DNA from: Eledone cirrhosa
Taxonomy: Eukaryota
Direction of reading: 5' to 3'
Assembly: GCA_964016885.1 (NCBI GenBank)
Contig: OZ024765.1
Coordinates: 21,824,001-21,888,000 of the forward strand
Length of the DNA: 64,000 nucleotides
Position numbers and translations under genes: made by a program. Every line of letters starts with the position of its first letter. Positions within the stretch are counted from its first letter, which is position 1. Below, in pieces: positions 26,801-40,044 of the stretch. Below the pieces are notes generated by a model. That model was not told where the DNA came from. It did not search any database and saw nothing but the letters and a program-made list of their open reading frames with translations.

Positions 26801-27712
26801 TCCTACATGGCCACTTTACAGTGTGGACTGGGAGCCTTTTTACTGTGTCTCCTACATGGCCACTTTACAGTGTGGACTGGGAGCCTTTTTACTGTGTCTC
26901 CTACATGGCCACTTTACAGTGTGGACTGGGAGCCTTTTTACTGTGTCTCCTACATGGCCACTTTACAGTGTGGACTGGGAGCCTTTTTACTGTGTCTCCT
27001 ACATGACCACCTTACAGTGTGGACTGGGAGCCTTTTTACTGTGTCTCCTACATGGCCACTTTACAGTGTGGACTGGGAGCCTTTTTACTGTGTCTCCTAC
27101 ATGACCACTTTACAGTGTGGACTGGGAGCCTTTTTACTGTGTCTCCTACATGGCCACTTTACAGTGTGGACTGGGAGCCTTCTTACTGTGTCTCCTACAT
27201 GACCACTTTACAGTGTGGACTGGGAGCCTTTTTACTGTGTCTCCTACATGGCCACTTTACAGTGTGGACTGGGAGCCTTTTTACTGTGTCTCCTACATGG
27301 CCACTTTACAGTGTGGACTGGGAGCCTTTTTACTGTGTCTCCTACATGGCCACTTTACAGTGTGGACTGGGAGCCTTTTTACTGTGTCTCCTACATGGCC
27401 ACTTTACAGTGTGGACTGGGAGCCTTTTTACTGTGTCTCCTACATGGCCACTTTACAGTGTGGACTGGGAGCCTTTTTACTGTGTCTCCTACATGGCCAC
27501 TTTACAGTGTGGACTGGGAGCCTTTTTACTGTGTCTCCTACATGGCCACTTTACAGTGTGGACTGGGAGCCTTTTTACCGTGTCTCCTACATGGCCACCT
27601 TACAGTGTGGACTGGGAGCCTTTTTACTGTGTCTCCTACATGGCCACTTTACAGTGTGGACTGGGAGCCTTTTTACTGTGTCTCCTACATGGCCACTTTA
27701 CAGTGTGGACTG
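23872..27712. repeat. 49-bp satellite, about 78 copies, from RTE 3' UTR
   Basis: acagtgtggactgggagcctttttactgtgtctcctacatggccacttt; preceded by RTE UTR motif. Confidence 0.95.
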
Positions 27713-27886
27713 TTGTGTCCCGACTGCTCTAAGAGGAGTTGAAGGATGATGATATATATATTGACAAGGATGGTATACATACATATATAATTATATATGT
27801 ATGTGTATGTGTGTATATTGACAGGGATGATATATATGTGTGTATATATATATATTGACACTAATGATGATATATATATATATGTA

Positions 27887-27933
<47 letters not shown>

Positions 27934-28229
27934 GTAGGAGGTGAGTTTTATTGTAGTACAATAAAGCAATGCAGATATCGGATAAGAAGCACTCTACAGT
28001 TTGTGGGACTGGAGTATGCATAATATAAGATCAAAAGATGGTTAAAGGAGTTCCATGTATTTTATTATGCGCATTTCATATATATATATATATGTGTGTG
28101 TGTGTGCGTGTGTGTGTGTGTATATATATATATATGATATATATATGTGTGTGTGTGTGTATATATATATATATGATATATATATGTGTGTGTGTGTATA
28201 TATATATATATATGATATATATATATATA

Positions 28230-28264
<35 letters not shown>

Positions 28265-28400
28265 GATATATATATATATATATATGTGTATATGTATATA
28301 TATATAGTGACAGTAATAATTGTTTCTACTTTTGGCACAAGGCCAGCAATTAACCCAGTGTATTACTGGTACTTTATTTAGTAATAATGATATATATATA

Positions 28401-28453
<53 letters not shown>

Positions 28454-28493
28454 ATATATATGTATATATATATGTGTGTGTATATGTTGACAG

Positions 28494-28607
28494 GTGGAGA
28501 AAAAGAAACAAGAAGAGAAAATGAAGCGAGATCAATACAATGATCAATATCTGGAATTGATTGAAAACCAAAGACTTTACTTCAAGACTGTTAAAGACTT
28601 CCAAGAG
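28494..28607 (+). CDS. CCDC93: CCDC93 coding exon
   Basis: [38 protein letters not shown]; gtaggt donor. Confidence 0.95.
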
Positions 28608-28635
28608 GTAGGTTACAGTTGTTTAGTATATACTG

Positions 28636-30115
28636 ATGGCACAGTGGGTCATTGGGTCATATCTGGTGGCACAGTGGGTCATTGGGTCATATCTGGTGGC
28701 ACAGTGGGTCATTGGGTCATTGGGTCATATCTGGTGGCACAGTGGGTCATTAGGTCATATCTGGTGGCACAGTGGGTCATTAGGTCATATCTGGTGGCAC
28801 AGTGGGTCATTGGGTCATATCTGGTGGCACAGTGGGTCATTGGGTCATATCTGGTGGCACAGTGGGTCATTGGGTCATATCTGGTGGCACAGTGGGCCAT
28901 TGGGTCATATCTGGTGGCACAGTGGGTCATTAGGTCATATCTGGTGGCACAGTGGGTCATTGGGTCATATCTGGTGGCACAGTGGGTCATTAGGTCATAT
29001 CTGGTGGCACAGTGGGTCATTGGGTCATGTCTGGTGGCACAGTGGGTCATATCTGGTGGCACAGTGGGTCATTGGGTCATATCTGGTGGCACAGTGGGTC
29101 ATATCTGTTAGCACAGTGGGTCATTGGGTTATATCTGGTGGCACAGTGGGTCATATCTGGTGGCACAGTGGGTCATTGGGTTATATCTGGTGGCACAGTG
29201 GGTCATTAGGTCATATCTGGTGTCACAGTGGGTCATTAGGTTATATCTGGTGGCACAGTGGGTCATATCTGGTGGCACAGTGGGTTATTAGGTTATATCT
29301 GGTGGCACAGTGGGTCATATCTGGTGGCACAGTGGGTCATTAGGTCATATCTGGTGGCACAGTGGGTCATTGAGTCATATCTGGTAGCACAGTGGGTCAT
29401 TGGGTTATATCTGGTGGCACAGTGGGTCATTGGGTCATATCTGGTGGCACAGTGGGTCATTGGGTTATATCTGGTAGCACAGTGGGTCATTGGGTTATAT
29501 CTGGTGGCACAGTGGGTCATATATGGTGGCACAGTGGGTCATTGGGTTATATCTGGTGGCACAGTGGGTCATTAGGTTATATCTGGTGGCACAGTGGGTC
29601 ATTGGGTTATATCTGGTGGCACAGTGGGTCATTAGGTCATATCTGGTGGCACAGTGGGTCATTGGGTTATATCTGGTGGCACAGTGGGTCATTAGGTCAT
29701 ATCTGGTGGCACAGTGGGTCATATCTGGTGGCATAGTGGGCTATGTCCTGTGTCACACATGAGATATACAGTGTCACAGTGTGCCATGTCTGGTGTCACA
29801 CCTGAGGTAGACAGTGTCACAGTGTGCCATGTCTGGTGTCACAGTGTGCCATGACTGGTGTCACACCCGAGGTAGACAGTGCCACAGTGTGCCATGACTG
29901 GTGACACACCTGAGGTAGACAGTGCCACAGTGTGCCGTGTCTGGTGTCACACTTGAGATACAGTGTCACAGTGTGCCATGTCTGGTGTCGCACCTGAGAT
30001 AGACAGTGTCACAGTGTGCCATGACTGGTGTCACACCTGAGATAGACAGTGTTATAGTGTGCCACGTCTGGTGTCACACCTGAGACAGTGTCACAGTGTG
30101 TCACGTCTGGTGTCA
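28636..30115. repeat. 30/22-bp minisatellite followed by a related ~43-bp repeat
   Basis: ggcacagtgggtcattgggtcatatctggt; then gtgtcacagtgtgccatgtctggtgtcacacctgaggtagaca. Confidence 0.93.
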
Positions 30116-30346
30116 TGGGGATAAAATACACTCTGGTAGAACATGGAACTGTCCCCAACCTATCTGGGTGGCAGTGGGGGTGGGGGGCAGTGGCTCTGTT
30201 TTAGTACTGATATGATGATGATGATGATGATAAGAATTGTGAGGAGGAGGTGGAGGTAGTGGAGGGGGAGGGCTGCCAATGAAACTCCAACCTTTCAGCC
30301 GTCGTTTCACCAAGTCTAATAATTTGTTCTTTCTTTCTTTTTGTAG

Positions 30347-30388
30347 GAATGTCGAAAGAATGAAATACTGGTGTCTAAATTACGGTGA
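30347..30388 (+). CDS. CCDC93: CCDC93 last coding exon
   Basis: strong pyrimidine tract and tag acceptor; ECRKNEILVSKLR then TGA, matching the family C-terminus. Confidence 0.88.
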   Translation, partial: ECRKNEILVSKLR

Positions 30389-30834
30389 GGAGGGGGAGAG
30401 AGGATACAGAGAGAGTGAGGAGTGAAGGCATGGGTGTACCTTAATTAGGGGTCAATTTGATAGATTCTTCCCCCCACCATTCCAAATTTCTGGCCTTGTG
30501 CCTAAATCAGAAATTATTATTGTTTTTATTATTATTATAAGGGGGATGGACTGACAGTAATTGGTAGAGCATCAGACACCATGCTTAGCAGCATGGAGCT
30601 TTGGCCCTTTACGTTCCCAGTTCAAATCTTGTCACAGTTAAGTTTACCTTTCATCCTTACGGGGTTCGATAAAATAAAGTACCAGTAATACACTGGGGTC
30701 GATTTAATCGACTTTCCCCTCCCCCCCAAATTGCTGGCCTTGTGCCTATTTGCCTTTCATCCTTACGGGGTTGATAAAATAAAGTACCAGTAATGCACTG
30801 GCTAATTGCTGGCCTTGTGCCTAAAGTAGAAACA

Positions 30835-30871
<37 letters not shown>

Positions 30872-31174
30872 GGGGACTGGATTATTAGGGCGGTGGATTG
30901 GCAGTATCGGTAGAGGGTCGGACGCATAGAGTTACGGCCCCTGCCATTCTGAGTTCAAATCCCGCCGAGGTTGACTTTGCCTTTCATCCTTACGGGGTCG
31001 ATAAAATAAAGTACCAGTAATACACTGGGGGTAATTGCTGGCCTTGTGCCAACAGTAGAAACAATTATTAGGGAACTGATTGTCAGAATCGGTAGAATGT
31101 CGGACAAAATGCTTTGCAAATCAACATTCTCTCCTCCCTTAAAACATTTCCTGGCCATGTGACACCCTGACCCC

Positions 31175-31245
31175 TAATAAATCAATAAAATGAATAAATA
31201 TATTAATTTAAAAAAACAATGAACAAATAAATAAATAAAAATAAA
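31175..31245 (+). terminator. candidate CCDC93 polyadenylation region
   Basis: cluster of AATAAA hexamers followed by a GT/T-rich stretch about 0.8 kb after the stop. Confidence 0.35.
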
Positions 31246-31685
31246 GAAATGATTATAATTGTTGTTTTTGTTATTGTTGTTTAACCATGGGTCAGCCTTG
31301 ATCAAAGAGACTGACTGACTGATCAAAGACGTTCTAGCCATGCCAAGCAATTTTCAGGAATGCTGAATACCAGTTTTTACGCTTTGGATATAAAATGGTA
31401 TCTTATTATATATATGTTATATGATGCAAATGAGGTCGTGTAGGTGTCATGACAAAAAAACACACAGTCCACGCTGTAATGTGGCCGTGTAGGCAACACG
31501 GTAAAAACCTCCCAGCCCCACACTGTAAATGTGGTTGCTGTTAAAAGGGCATCCAGCTGTAGAAAACCCGCCAGACAGTCCTATGCGAGCAAGACAACCA
31601 CTCTTGCCTCAAGTGGGAAAACCCCCGTCCAAACCCATGCAAGTGTGGAACACGGACGTTAAACGATGATGATGATGATGATGAT

Positions 31686-34600
31686 GCCTGTGTGAGATGC
31701 GCGATAATGCATGGTAGTGAGACATGGGCAGCAACTGCAGAGGATATGCGACGGCTGGAGAGAAATGAAGCAAGTATGCTCCATTGGATGTGCAATGTCA
31801 ATGTGCGTGAACGACCAAGCAAGGACGAGTTGAGAGAGAAACTGGTTATAAGAGGGATAAGTTGTGTGCAGGAGAGAAGGGTGAGATGGTATGGACATGT
31901 GATGAGTTGAGAGAGAAACTGGGTATAAGAGGGATAAGTTGTGTGCAGGAGAGAAGGCTGAGGTGGTATGGACATGTGATGAGTTGAGAGAGAAACTGTG
32001 TATAAGAGGGATAAGTTGTGGTGCAGGAGAGAAGGCTGAGGTGGTATGGACATGTGATGAGTTGAGAGAGAAACTGTGTATAAGAGGGATAAGTTGTGGT
32101 GCAGGAGAGAAGGCTGAGGTGGTATGGACATGTGATGAGTTGAGAGAGAAACTGTGTATAAGAGGGATAAGTTGTGGTGCAGGAGAGAAGGCTGAGGTGG
32201 TATGGACATGTGATGAGTTGAGAGAGAAACTGTGTATAAGAGGGATAAGTTGTGGTGCAGGAGAGAAGGCTGAGGTGGTATGGACATGTGATGAGTTGAG
32301 AGAGAAACTGTGTATAAGAGGGATAAGTTGTGGTGCAGGAGAGAAGGCTGAGGTGGTATGGACATGTGATGAGTTGAGAGAGAAACTGTGTATAAGAGGG
32401 ATAAGTTGTGGTGCAGGAGAGAAGGCTGAGGTGGTATGGACATGTGATGAGTTGAGAGAGAAACTGTGTATAAGAGGGATAAGTTGTGGTGCAGGAGAGA
32501 AGGCTGAGGTGGTATGGACATGTGATGAGTTGAGAGAGAAACTGTGTATAAGAGGGATAAGTTGTGGTGCAGGAGAGAAGGCTGAGGTGGTATGTACATG
32601 TGATGAGTTGAGAGAGAAACTGTGTATAAGAGGGATAAGTTGTGGTGCAGGAGAGAAGGCTGAGGTGGTATGGACATGTGATGAGTTGAGAGAGAAACTG
32701 TGTATAAGAGGGATAAGTTGTGGTGCAGGAGAGAAGGCTGAGGTGGTATGGACATGTGATGAGTTGAGAGAGAAACTGTGTATAAGAGGGATAAGTTGTG
32801 GTGCAGGAGAGAAGGCTGAGGTGGTATGGACATGTGATGAGTTGAGAGAGAAACTGTGTATAAGAGGGATAAGTTGTGGTGCAGGAGAGAAGGCTGAGGT
32901 GGTATGGACATGTGATGAGTTGAGAGAGAAACTGTGTATAAGAGGGATAAGTTGTGGTGCAGGAGAGAAGGCTGAGGTGGTATGGACATGTGATGAGTTG
33001 AGAGAGAAACTGGGTATAAGAGGGATAAGTTGTGTGCAGGAGAGAAGGCTGAGATGGTATGTACATGTGATGAGTTGAGAGAGAAACTGTGTATAAGAGG
33101 GATAAGTTGTGGTGCAGGAGAGAAGGCTGAGGTGGTATGGACATGTGATGAGTTGAGAGAGAAACTGTGTATAAGAGGGATAAGTTGTGGTGCAGGAGAG
33201 AAGGCTGAGGTGGTATGGACATGTGATGAGTTGAGAGAGAAACTGTGTATAAGAGGGATAAGTTGTGGTGCAGGAGAGAAGGCTGAGGTGGTATGGACAT
33301 GTGATGAGTTGAGAGAGAAACTGTGTATAAGAGGGATAAGTTGTGGTGCAGGAGAGAAGGCTGAGGTGGTATGGACATGTGATGAGTTGAGAGAGAAACT
33401 GGGTATAAGAGGGATAAGTTGTGTGCAGGAGAGAAGGCTGAGATGGTATGTACATGTGATGAGTTGAGAGAGAAACTGTGTATAAGAGGGATAAGTTGTG
33501 GTGCAGGAGAGAAGGCTGAGGTGGTATGGACATGTGATGAGTTGAGAGAGAAACTGTGTATAAGAGGGATAAGTTGTGGTGCAGGAGAGAAGGCTGAGGT
33601 GGTATGGACATGTGATGAGTTGAGAGAGAAACTGTGTATAAGAGGGATAAGTTGTGGTGCAGGAGAGAAGGCTGAGGTGGTATGGACATGTGATGAGTTG
33701 AGAGAGAAACTGGGTATAAGAGGGATAAGTTGTGTGCAGGAGAGAAGGCTGAGGTGGTATGGACATGTGATGAGTTGAGAGAGAAACTGTGTATAAGAGG
33801 GATAAGTTGTGGTGCAGGAGAGAAGGCTGAGGTGGTATGGACATGTGATGAGTTGAGAGAGAAACTGTGTATAAGAGGGATAAGTTGTGGTGCAGGAGAG
33901 AAGGCTGAGGTGGTATGGACATGTGATGAGTTGAGAGAGAAACTGTGTATAAGAGGGATAAGTTGTGGTGCAGGAGAGAAGGCTGAGGTGGTATGGACAT
34001 GTGATGAGTTGAGAGAGAAACTGGGTATAAGAGGGATAAGTTGTGTGCAGGAGAGAAGGCTGAGATGGTATGTACATGTGATGAGTTGAGAGAGAAACTG
34101 TGTATAAGAGGGATAAGTTGTGGTGCAGGAGAGAAGGCTGAGATGGTATGGACATGTGATGAGTTGAGAGAGAAACTGGGTATAAGAGGGATAAGTTGTG
34201 GTGCAGGAGAGAAGGCTGAGGTGGTATGGACATGTGATGAGTTGAGAGAGAAACTGTGTATAAGAGGGATAAGTTGTGGTGCAGGAGAGAAGGCTGAGGT
34301 GGTATGGACATGTGATGAGTTGAGAGAGAAACTGTGTATAAGAGGGATAAGTTGTGTGCAGGAGAGAAGGCTGAGATGGTATGGACATGTGATGAGTTGA
34401 GAGAGAAACTGTGTATAAGAGGGATAAGTTGTGGTGCAGGAGAGAAGGCTGAGATGGTATGGACATGTGATGAGTTGAGAGAGAAACTGTGTATAAGAGG
34501 GATAAGTTGTGTGCAGGAGAGAAGGCTGAGATGGTATGGACATGTGATGAGTTGAGAGAGAAACTGTGTATAAGAGGGATAAGTTGTGTGCAGGAGAGAA

Positions 34601-36560
34601 GGCTGAGATGGTATGTACATGTGATGAGTTGAGAGAGAAATTGGGTATAAGAGGGATAAGTTGTGTGCAGGAGAGAAGGCTGAGATGGTATGGACATGTG
34701 ATGAGTTGAGAGAGAAATTGGGTATAAGAGGGATAAGTTGTGTGCAGGAGAGAAGGCTGAGGTGGTATGTACATGTGATGAGTTGAGAGAGAAATTGGGT
34801 ATAAGAGGGATAAGTTGTGTGCAGGAGAGAAGGCTGAGATGGTATGTACATGTGATGAGTTGAGAGAGAAATTGGGTATAAGAGGGATAAGTTGTGTGCA
34901 GGAGAGAAGGCTGAGATGGTATGGACATGTGATGAGTTGAGAGAGAAACTGTGTATAAGAGGGATAAGTTGTGTGCAGGAGAGAAGGCTGAGGTGGTATG
35001 GACATGTGATGAGTTGAGAGAGAAACTGTGTATAAGAGGGATAAGTTGTGTGCAGGAGAGAAGGCTGAGATGGTATGGACATGTGATGAGTTGAGAGAGA
35101 AACTGGGTATAAGAGTGATAAGTTGTGTGCAGGAGAGAAGGCTGAGGTGGTATGGACATGTGATGAGTTGAGAGAGAAACTGTGTATAAGAGGGATAAGT
35201 TGTGTGCAGGAGAGAAGGCTGAGATGGTATGGACATGTGATGAGTTGAGAGAGAAACTGGGTATAAGAGGGATAAGTTGTGGTGCAGGAGAGAAGGCTGA
35301 GATGGTATGGACATGTGATGAGTTGAGAGAGAAACTGTGTATAAGAGGGATAAGTTGTGGTGCAGGAGAGAAGGCTGAGATGGTATGGACATGTGATGAG
35401 TTGAGAGAGAAACTGGGTATAAGAGGGATAAGTTGTGTGCAGGAGAGAAGGCTGAGGTGGTATGGACATGTGATGAGTTGAGAGAGAAATTGGGTATAAG
35501 AGGGATAAGTTGTGGTGCAGGAGAGAAGGCTGAGATGGTATGGACATGTGATGAGTTGAGAGAGAAACTGGGTATAAGAGGGATAAGTTGTGTGCAGGAG
35601 AGAAGGCTGAGGTGGTATGGACATGTGATGAGTTGAGAGAGAAACTGTGTATAAGAGGGATAAGTTGTGGTGCAGGAGAGAAGGCTGAGGTGGTATGGAC
35701 ATGTGATGAGTTGAGAGAGAAACTGTGTATAAGAGGGATAAGTTGTGTGCAGGAGAGAAGGCTGAGGTGGTATGGACATGTGATGAGTTGAGAGAGAAAC
35801 TGGGTATAAGAGTGATAAGTTGTGTGCAGGAGAGAAGGCTGAGGTGGTATGGACATGTGATGAGTTGAGAGAGAAACTGTGTATAAGAGGGATAAGTTGT
35901 GTGCAGGAGAGAAGGCTGAGATGGTATGGACATGTGATGAGTTGAGAGAGAAACTGGGTATAAGAGGGATAAGTTGTGTGCAGGAGAGAAGGCTGAGATG
36001 GTATGGACATGTGATGAGTTGAGAGAGAAACTGGGTATAAGAGGGATAAGTTGTGTGCAGGAGAGAAGGCTGAGGTGGTATGGACATGTGATGAGTTGAG
36101 AGAGAAACTGTGTATAAGAGGGATAAGTTGTGTGCAGGAGAGAAGGCTGAGATGGTATGGACATGTGATGAGTTGAGAGAGAAACTGGGTATAAGAGGGA
36201 TAAGTTGTGTGCAGGAGAGAAGGCTGAGATGGTATGGACATGTGATGAGTTGAGAGAGAAACTGGGTATAAGAGGGATAGATTGTAGTGTGTGAGAGAGG
36301 AGACTGCGTTGGTATGGACATGTGATGTGCATGGAGGATAGCCAATGGGTGAAGAAGTGCCAAGAAATGCCAGTAGAAGGAAGACGCAGTAGAGGTAGAC
36401 CACGTAAAACATGGGCAGAGGTGGTGAGAACAGACCTCAGATCGCTGAAGCTCATGGAGGAGACGACGAAGGACCGTGACAAGTGGAGAGATGATGTGCT
36501 GAATAGGACCCATCCCACCCTTGCAAGCAGGGAAAAGCAGACGTAAAATGATGATGATGG
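31686..36560 (+). mobile_element. RTE LINE 3' fragment containing an internal tandem expansion
   Basis: MHGSETW...LERNEASML before the array; WVKKCQEMPVEGRRSRGRPRKTW and (GAT)n after it. Confidence 0.9.
31828..36285. repeat. 77/78-bp satellite, about 57 copies, from RTE coding sequence
   Basis: gagttgagagagaaactgtgtataagagggataagttgt(g)gtgcaggagagaaggctgaggtggtatggacatgtgat. Confidence 0.97.
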
Positions 36561-36869
36561 TAATAAAATGGTGTAGTTTGCTTGAAGCATTGTATATAAT
36601 ATATAACATTGAAAGAGATAGAAGGCTGAACAATGCAAAATGGACGGTAAGGTGAGGTAAGTAAAAGTTACCTGGTAATCTTTGTTTTATTGTTGTTGTT
36701 ATTTTTTCTATCCAATATTTCATGATCTAAAACTCTGTTCTTCAGGGTTTAAGGAACTTACAGTGGATAATGTTCCAATTTCCTCTCTTTGGGATCAAAC
36801 TTTTATTTAATTAGTTATAGGGAAAACATGGTAAATCTACTGAAAATAACGATAAGTGATGATGAAGGA

Positions 36870-37420
36870 CTGATGTTAGAGCTGTGAAATCTTGTATGCA
36901 TTAATTTCAACTTTTCTTATTAATAACTGCATTGTTTCTTTCTAATGGAAAAATAAACCTCATTTGGTCATTCCATGAGAGTATCTTGGTCAGCCTATGA
37001 CCCTTTCAGCTGATCCTCATATATACATACATACACACACACTCACGAGAGTCAGGTGACCATAAAAGAGTGTTGCTAGAGCTGTGAAATCTTGCATACA
37101 TTATTTTCAACTCTTATAAATAACTGCATTGTTTCTTTCCAGAGACTATTTTGAAAAAAATAAACCTCATTTGCTCATTCCATGAGAGTATCTTAGTCAG
37201 CCGACCCTCCTACATCTGGCTATCTTCATCAAGGCTAAGCAACTAGTATATATATACACACTCATGAGAATCAGCTAACTATAATGAAGTGATGCTAGAG
37301 CTGTGAAATATTGCATGCATTATATTTTACCAGAGCCTATCTTGAAAAAAAATAAACCTCATTTGGTCATACCATGAGAGTATCTTAGTCAGCCTATGGA
37401 CTTCTCAGCCGACCCTCCTG
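36870..37420. repeat. three diverged ~200-bp tandem copies
   Basis: recurring tagagctgtgaaat...aataaacctcattt...catgagagtatctt. Confidence 0.8.
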
Positions 37421-37439
37421 TGACTGAGAGCAGCAATAG

Positions 37440-37620
37440 CAGACGATATCAAAGGGAGACATCATTGTAGTAAAAAATCTAACAGTAACGATAACTCCGC
37501 CAGTTATAACAATGTAGAGAGTTATCTCCCTTGAATTTAAATATGGCGCCGATTTCAGTGAGACAGTCTGTGGAGTTTTGATTCTCGGAGACACACAGCT
37601 TTAATATTATATTATTCCCT
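37440..37620 (+). promoter_or_regulatory. candidate promoter/TSS with YY1-like motif
   Basis: unique sequence with several CpGs; AATATGGCG near 37540; lies 0.6 kb upstream of the BBIP1 ATG. Confidence 0.4.
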
Positions 37621-38151
37621 CCAAAAATGTTGCCGGTTAATGAATCAAACTATTAAGTACATCGTATTAACTAGAAATTAAGGATTAGACAAATATAAAG
37701 GGAGATTGAAGGGATTTTTAGTCAAACAAAACCCTTTAAACATAAACAACGTGCTTGATTTGAAAGAATTGTTTTGGAGGGGGTTTCTCTGTTTCTTCCC
37801 CTTAAAGTTAACCTCGTCCCTTTTAAAAGGATCTTCAGACATGAGACGGAATATACATTGATATAGACAGTGAGTAAGAGAATATATATAGATCTATATA
37901 TACATATATATATACACATATATACACAAATATATTTATATAGACACTACACGCACACATATATATATATACACATAAATTAATACATATATATATCTAT
38001 AGTCATGTAAACACATGTAAGCATAAACATACATATAAACCCATACAAACATATATATAAAGATACACAAACAAACATATATATATATAAACATAAACAT
38101 ATATATATATATATACACTATATATACACATAAATCTACAACTAAGTCATC

Positions 38152-38340
38152 ATGTCTAAATCTAGTTTAACCATTAAAGAAATCCTGCCAAAGAAAGAAA
38201 GAGTTTATGAGAAGGCAGAACCGTCTGCCCTTCTTTGTAAACCTAAATTACTACCATTGAGGTCTGTTACCCTGGAGAAATTAGAGAAAATACAACGGGA
38301 AGCCCAAGATATTATCAAAAAAGAAGAAATGGCCCAATAA
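38152..38340 (+). CDS. BBIP1: BBSome-interacting protein 1 (BBIP10/BBS18), intronless 62-aa ORF
   Basis: KEILPK...LLCKPKLLPLRSVTLEKLEKIQREAQ matches the BBIP1 signature LCKPKLLPLKS.TLEKLEKMQ; good start context (atcATGt). Confidence 0.92.
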   Translation: MSKSSLTIKEILPKKERVYEKAEPSALLCKPKLLPLRSVTLEKLEKIQREAQDIIKKEEMAQ

Positions 38341-38832
38341 TTTCTAAAACATCTCATCTCAACCCCTAAATATATCAATATATATATATATTTCTATATG
38401 GCTATTATTATGTGATGATTTGATAGGAATGAAACAGTCCTAGACCTGTTACTCCTGTAGAAGTCATACACATATATATATATCCACCAAACTTGGACAT
38501 CAACAAGAATAAACTTTCCCTTCCCCTCATTAATTAAACTGGTAAGTTTCAACAACCCCTTTTTAATTTTATTTAAATTTAATTCATTATTTGTTTCATA
38601 TATAACAGGTGGTGCTATAAAGTTAGACATGGCCTGGGCCAATACTGGCCGAAACCTATCAATGTTATATATATATAACAAATAATGAATATATATATAT
38701 ATATAACTAGCTGTTAAAACGGCAAGAGCTCAGCCGTAGGGGTACAGACTCTTTATAAAATAACCCTACTCTACTACCCCAAGTATCGAGTACGCTGTTG
38801 AGTATTCAAACTGAATCCATCCTGATATATAT

Positions 38833-38881
<49 letters not shown>

Positions 38882-38911
38882 ATCAAAAGATGGTTAAAAG
38901 AGTTCCATGTA

Positions 38912-38978
38912 TTTTATTATGCGCATTTCAAAAACAAATATCATTATGCAATAACATTTGTGTTTTCGTCAGATAAAA
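38912..38978 (-). ncRNA. hammerhead ribozyme motif
   Basis: minus strand ttttat CTGACGA aaacacaaatgttatt-gcat-aatgatatttgttttt GAAA tgcgca ta ataaaa. Confidence 0.7.
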
Positions 38979-39059
38979 TAGGAAGACATGATATGAAGGT
39001 TAAAATACACTTGTGGATAGTGCAGTTTTAAATCAACACATATATATATATATATATAT

Positions 39060-39359
39060 ACTTGTGAAGTTAATTCGTTCCTGAATGTAAGACCGTTCGT
39101 CATCCGAAATGTTTGTAAACCGCAACTATTTTCCTATAAGAAATGTTGAGAGCAATACAGTGAGAGAGAGAGAGAGAGACTGTGTGTGAAAGACAGATAG
39201 ATATCATCACAGTAACTAACTACACAGCTAGTGACACTTTACTGCCGATACTCCCAGCTTGTTGCCGGCTTTCGTTTTCGTTACTCGAAACAGTTCGTCA
39301 ACCAAGGCGTAGTAATATATATATATATTGCAATTGTTCGTGAACCAAGGTTCCACTAT
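39060..39359. mobile_element. Tigger/pogo-like MITE remnant
   Basis: right end accaaggttccacta (reverse complement of a Tigger-type TIR); left TIR not seen. Confidence 0.4.
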
Positions 39360-40044
39360 TTTATTTTAATTTATATTTTGTTTTATTTCAATTAAATTGA
39401 ATTTATTTTTATTATATTTCATTGTTGGTTTAAAAAAAAAAGTTTATGCCTCTTAAAAGATATTTTTTCGTTTGTTTTAATAATGTCGGTCTTAGCAACA
39501 CGACCAGACTGGTTGTTAACCAACAAATTGACTTGAATTTATTGATTTATCGAACTTTCTCGCTTCTGTCTTGCTGGCTTCTTTTAAATAAATCTTAACA
39601 CTTTGTACTTTTTTCTTCAAGAACCTATATAAGGGGAGAGACATCTGGCGTTCTGGGTCCCTGGAAGACCCTCTGATATCGGGATGACGTGGCCTCCCCT
39701 CCACCACTACCAGGTTTCTAATGAACCCTATAGCAGGGGAGAGACCTCCGATGTTCTGGGTCTCCATATAACACCCCCTAATCCCCGATATCGGAGTGTA
39801 GTTGTGTGTTTCCCCCCCACCAGGAGTAAGCCCTATGAAATGAGCTGCCATCTTGTTAAACATCTAGCAGGGGAGACTTCTGGGTTCCTGCTATTGGGGT
39901 GGAGTTGGTCACCCACCCCACCACCGCCAGGAGTGACCCTCACAAAGTGAACTGTCAGGGTAGACACTGCTGCTGTTCTGGGTCTCTACCCTGACACCCC
40001 TAATTTCTGATGTTGAGGTGGAGTTGCTCCAATGTTTATATTTA

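Noticed and set aside
23790-27749. Long repetitive ORFs, or a CRISPR-like array
   Set aside because: Head-to-tail 49-bp units with no unique spacers, no cas genes and a eukaryotic intronic context.
31541-36723. Three ORFs over 1600 aa on the minus strand
   Set aside because: They are the stop-free strand of the 77/78-bp satellite; all three frames are open, so there is no coding signal.
38625-38660. Hammerhead at cctg-ggccaatactggcc-gaaa
   Set aside because: The CUGANGA core is incomplete; at best a dead remnant.
39485-39499. RFX X-box (tcttagcaac) for ciliary BBIP1
   Set aside because: Only a half-site and 1.1 kb downstream of the ORF; too weak to call.
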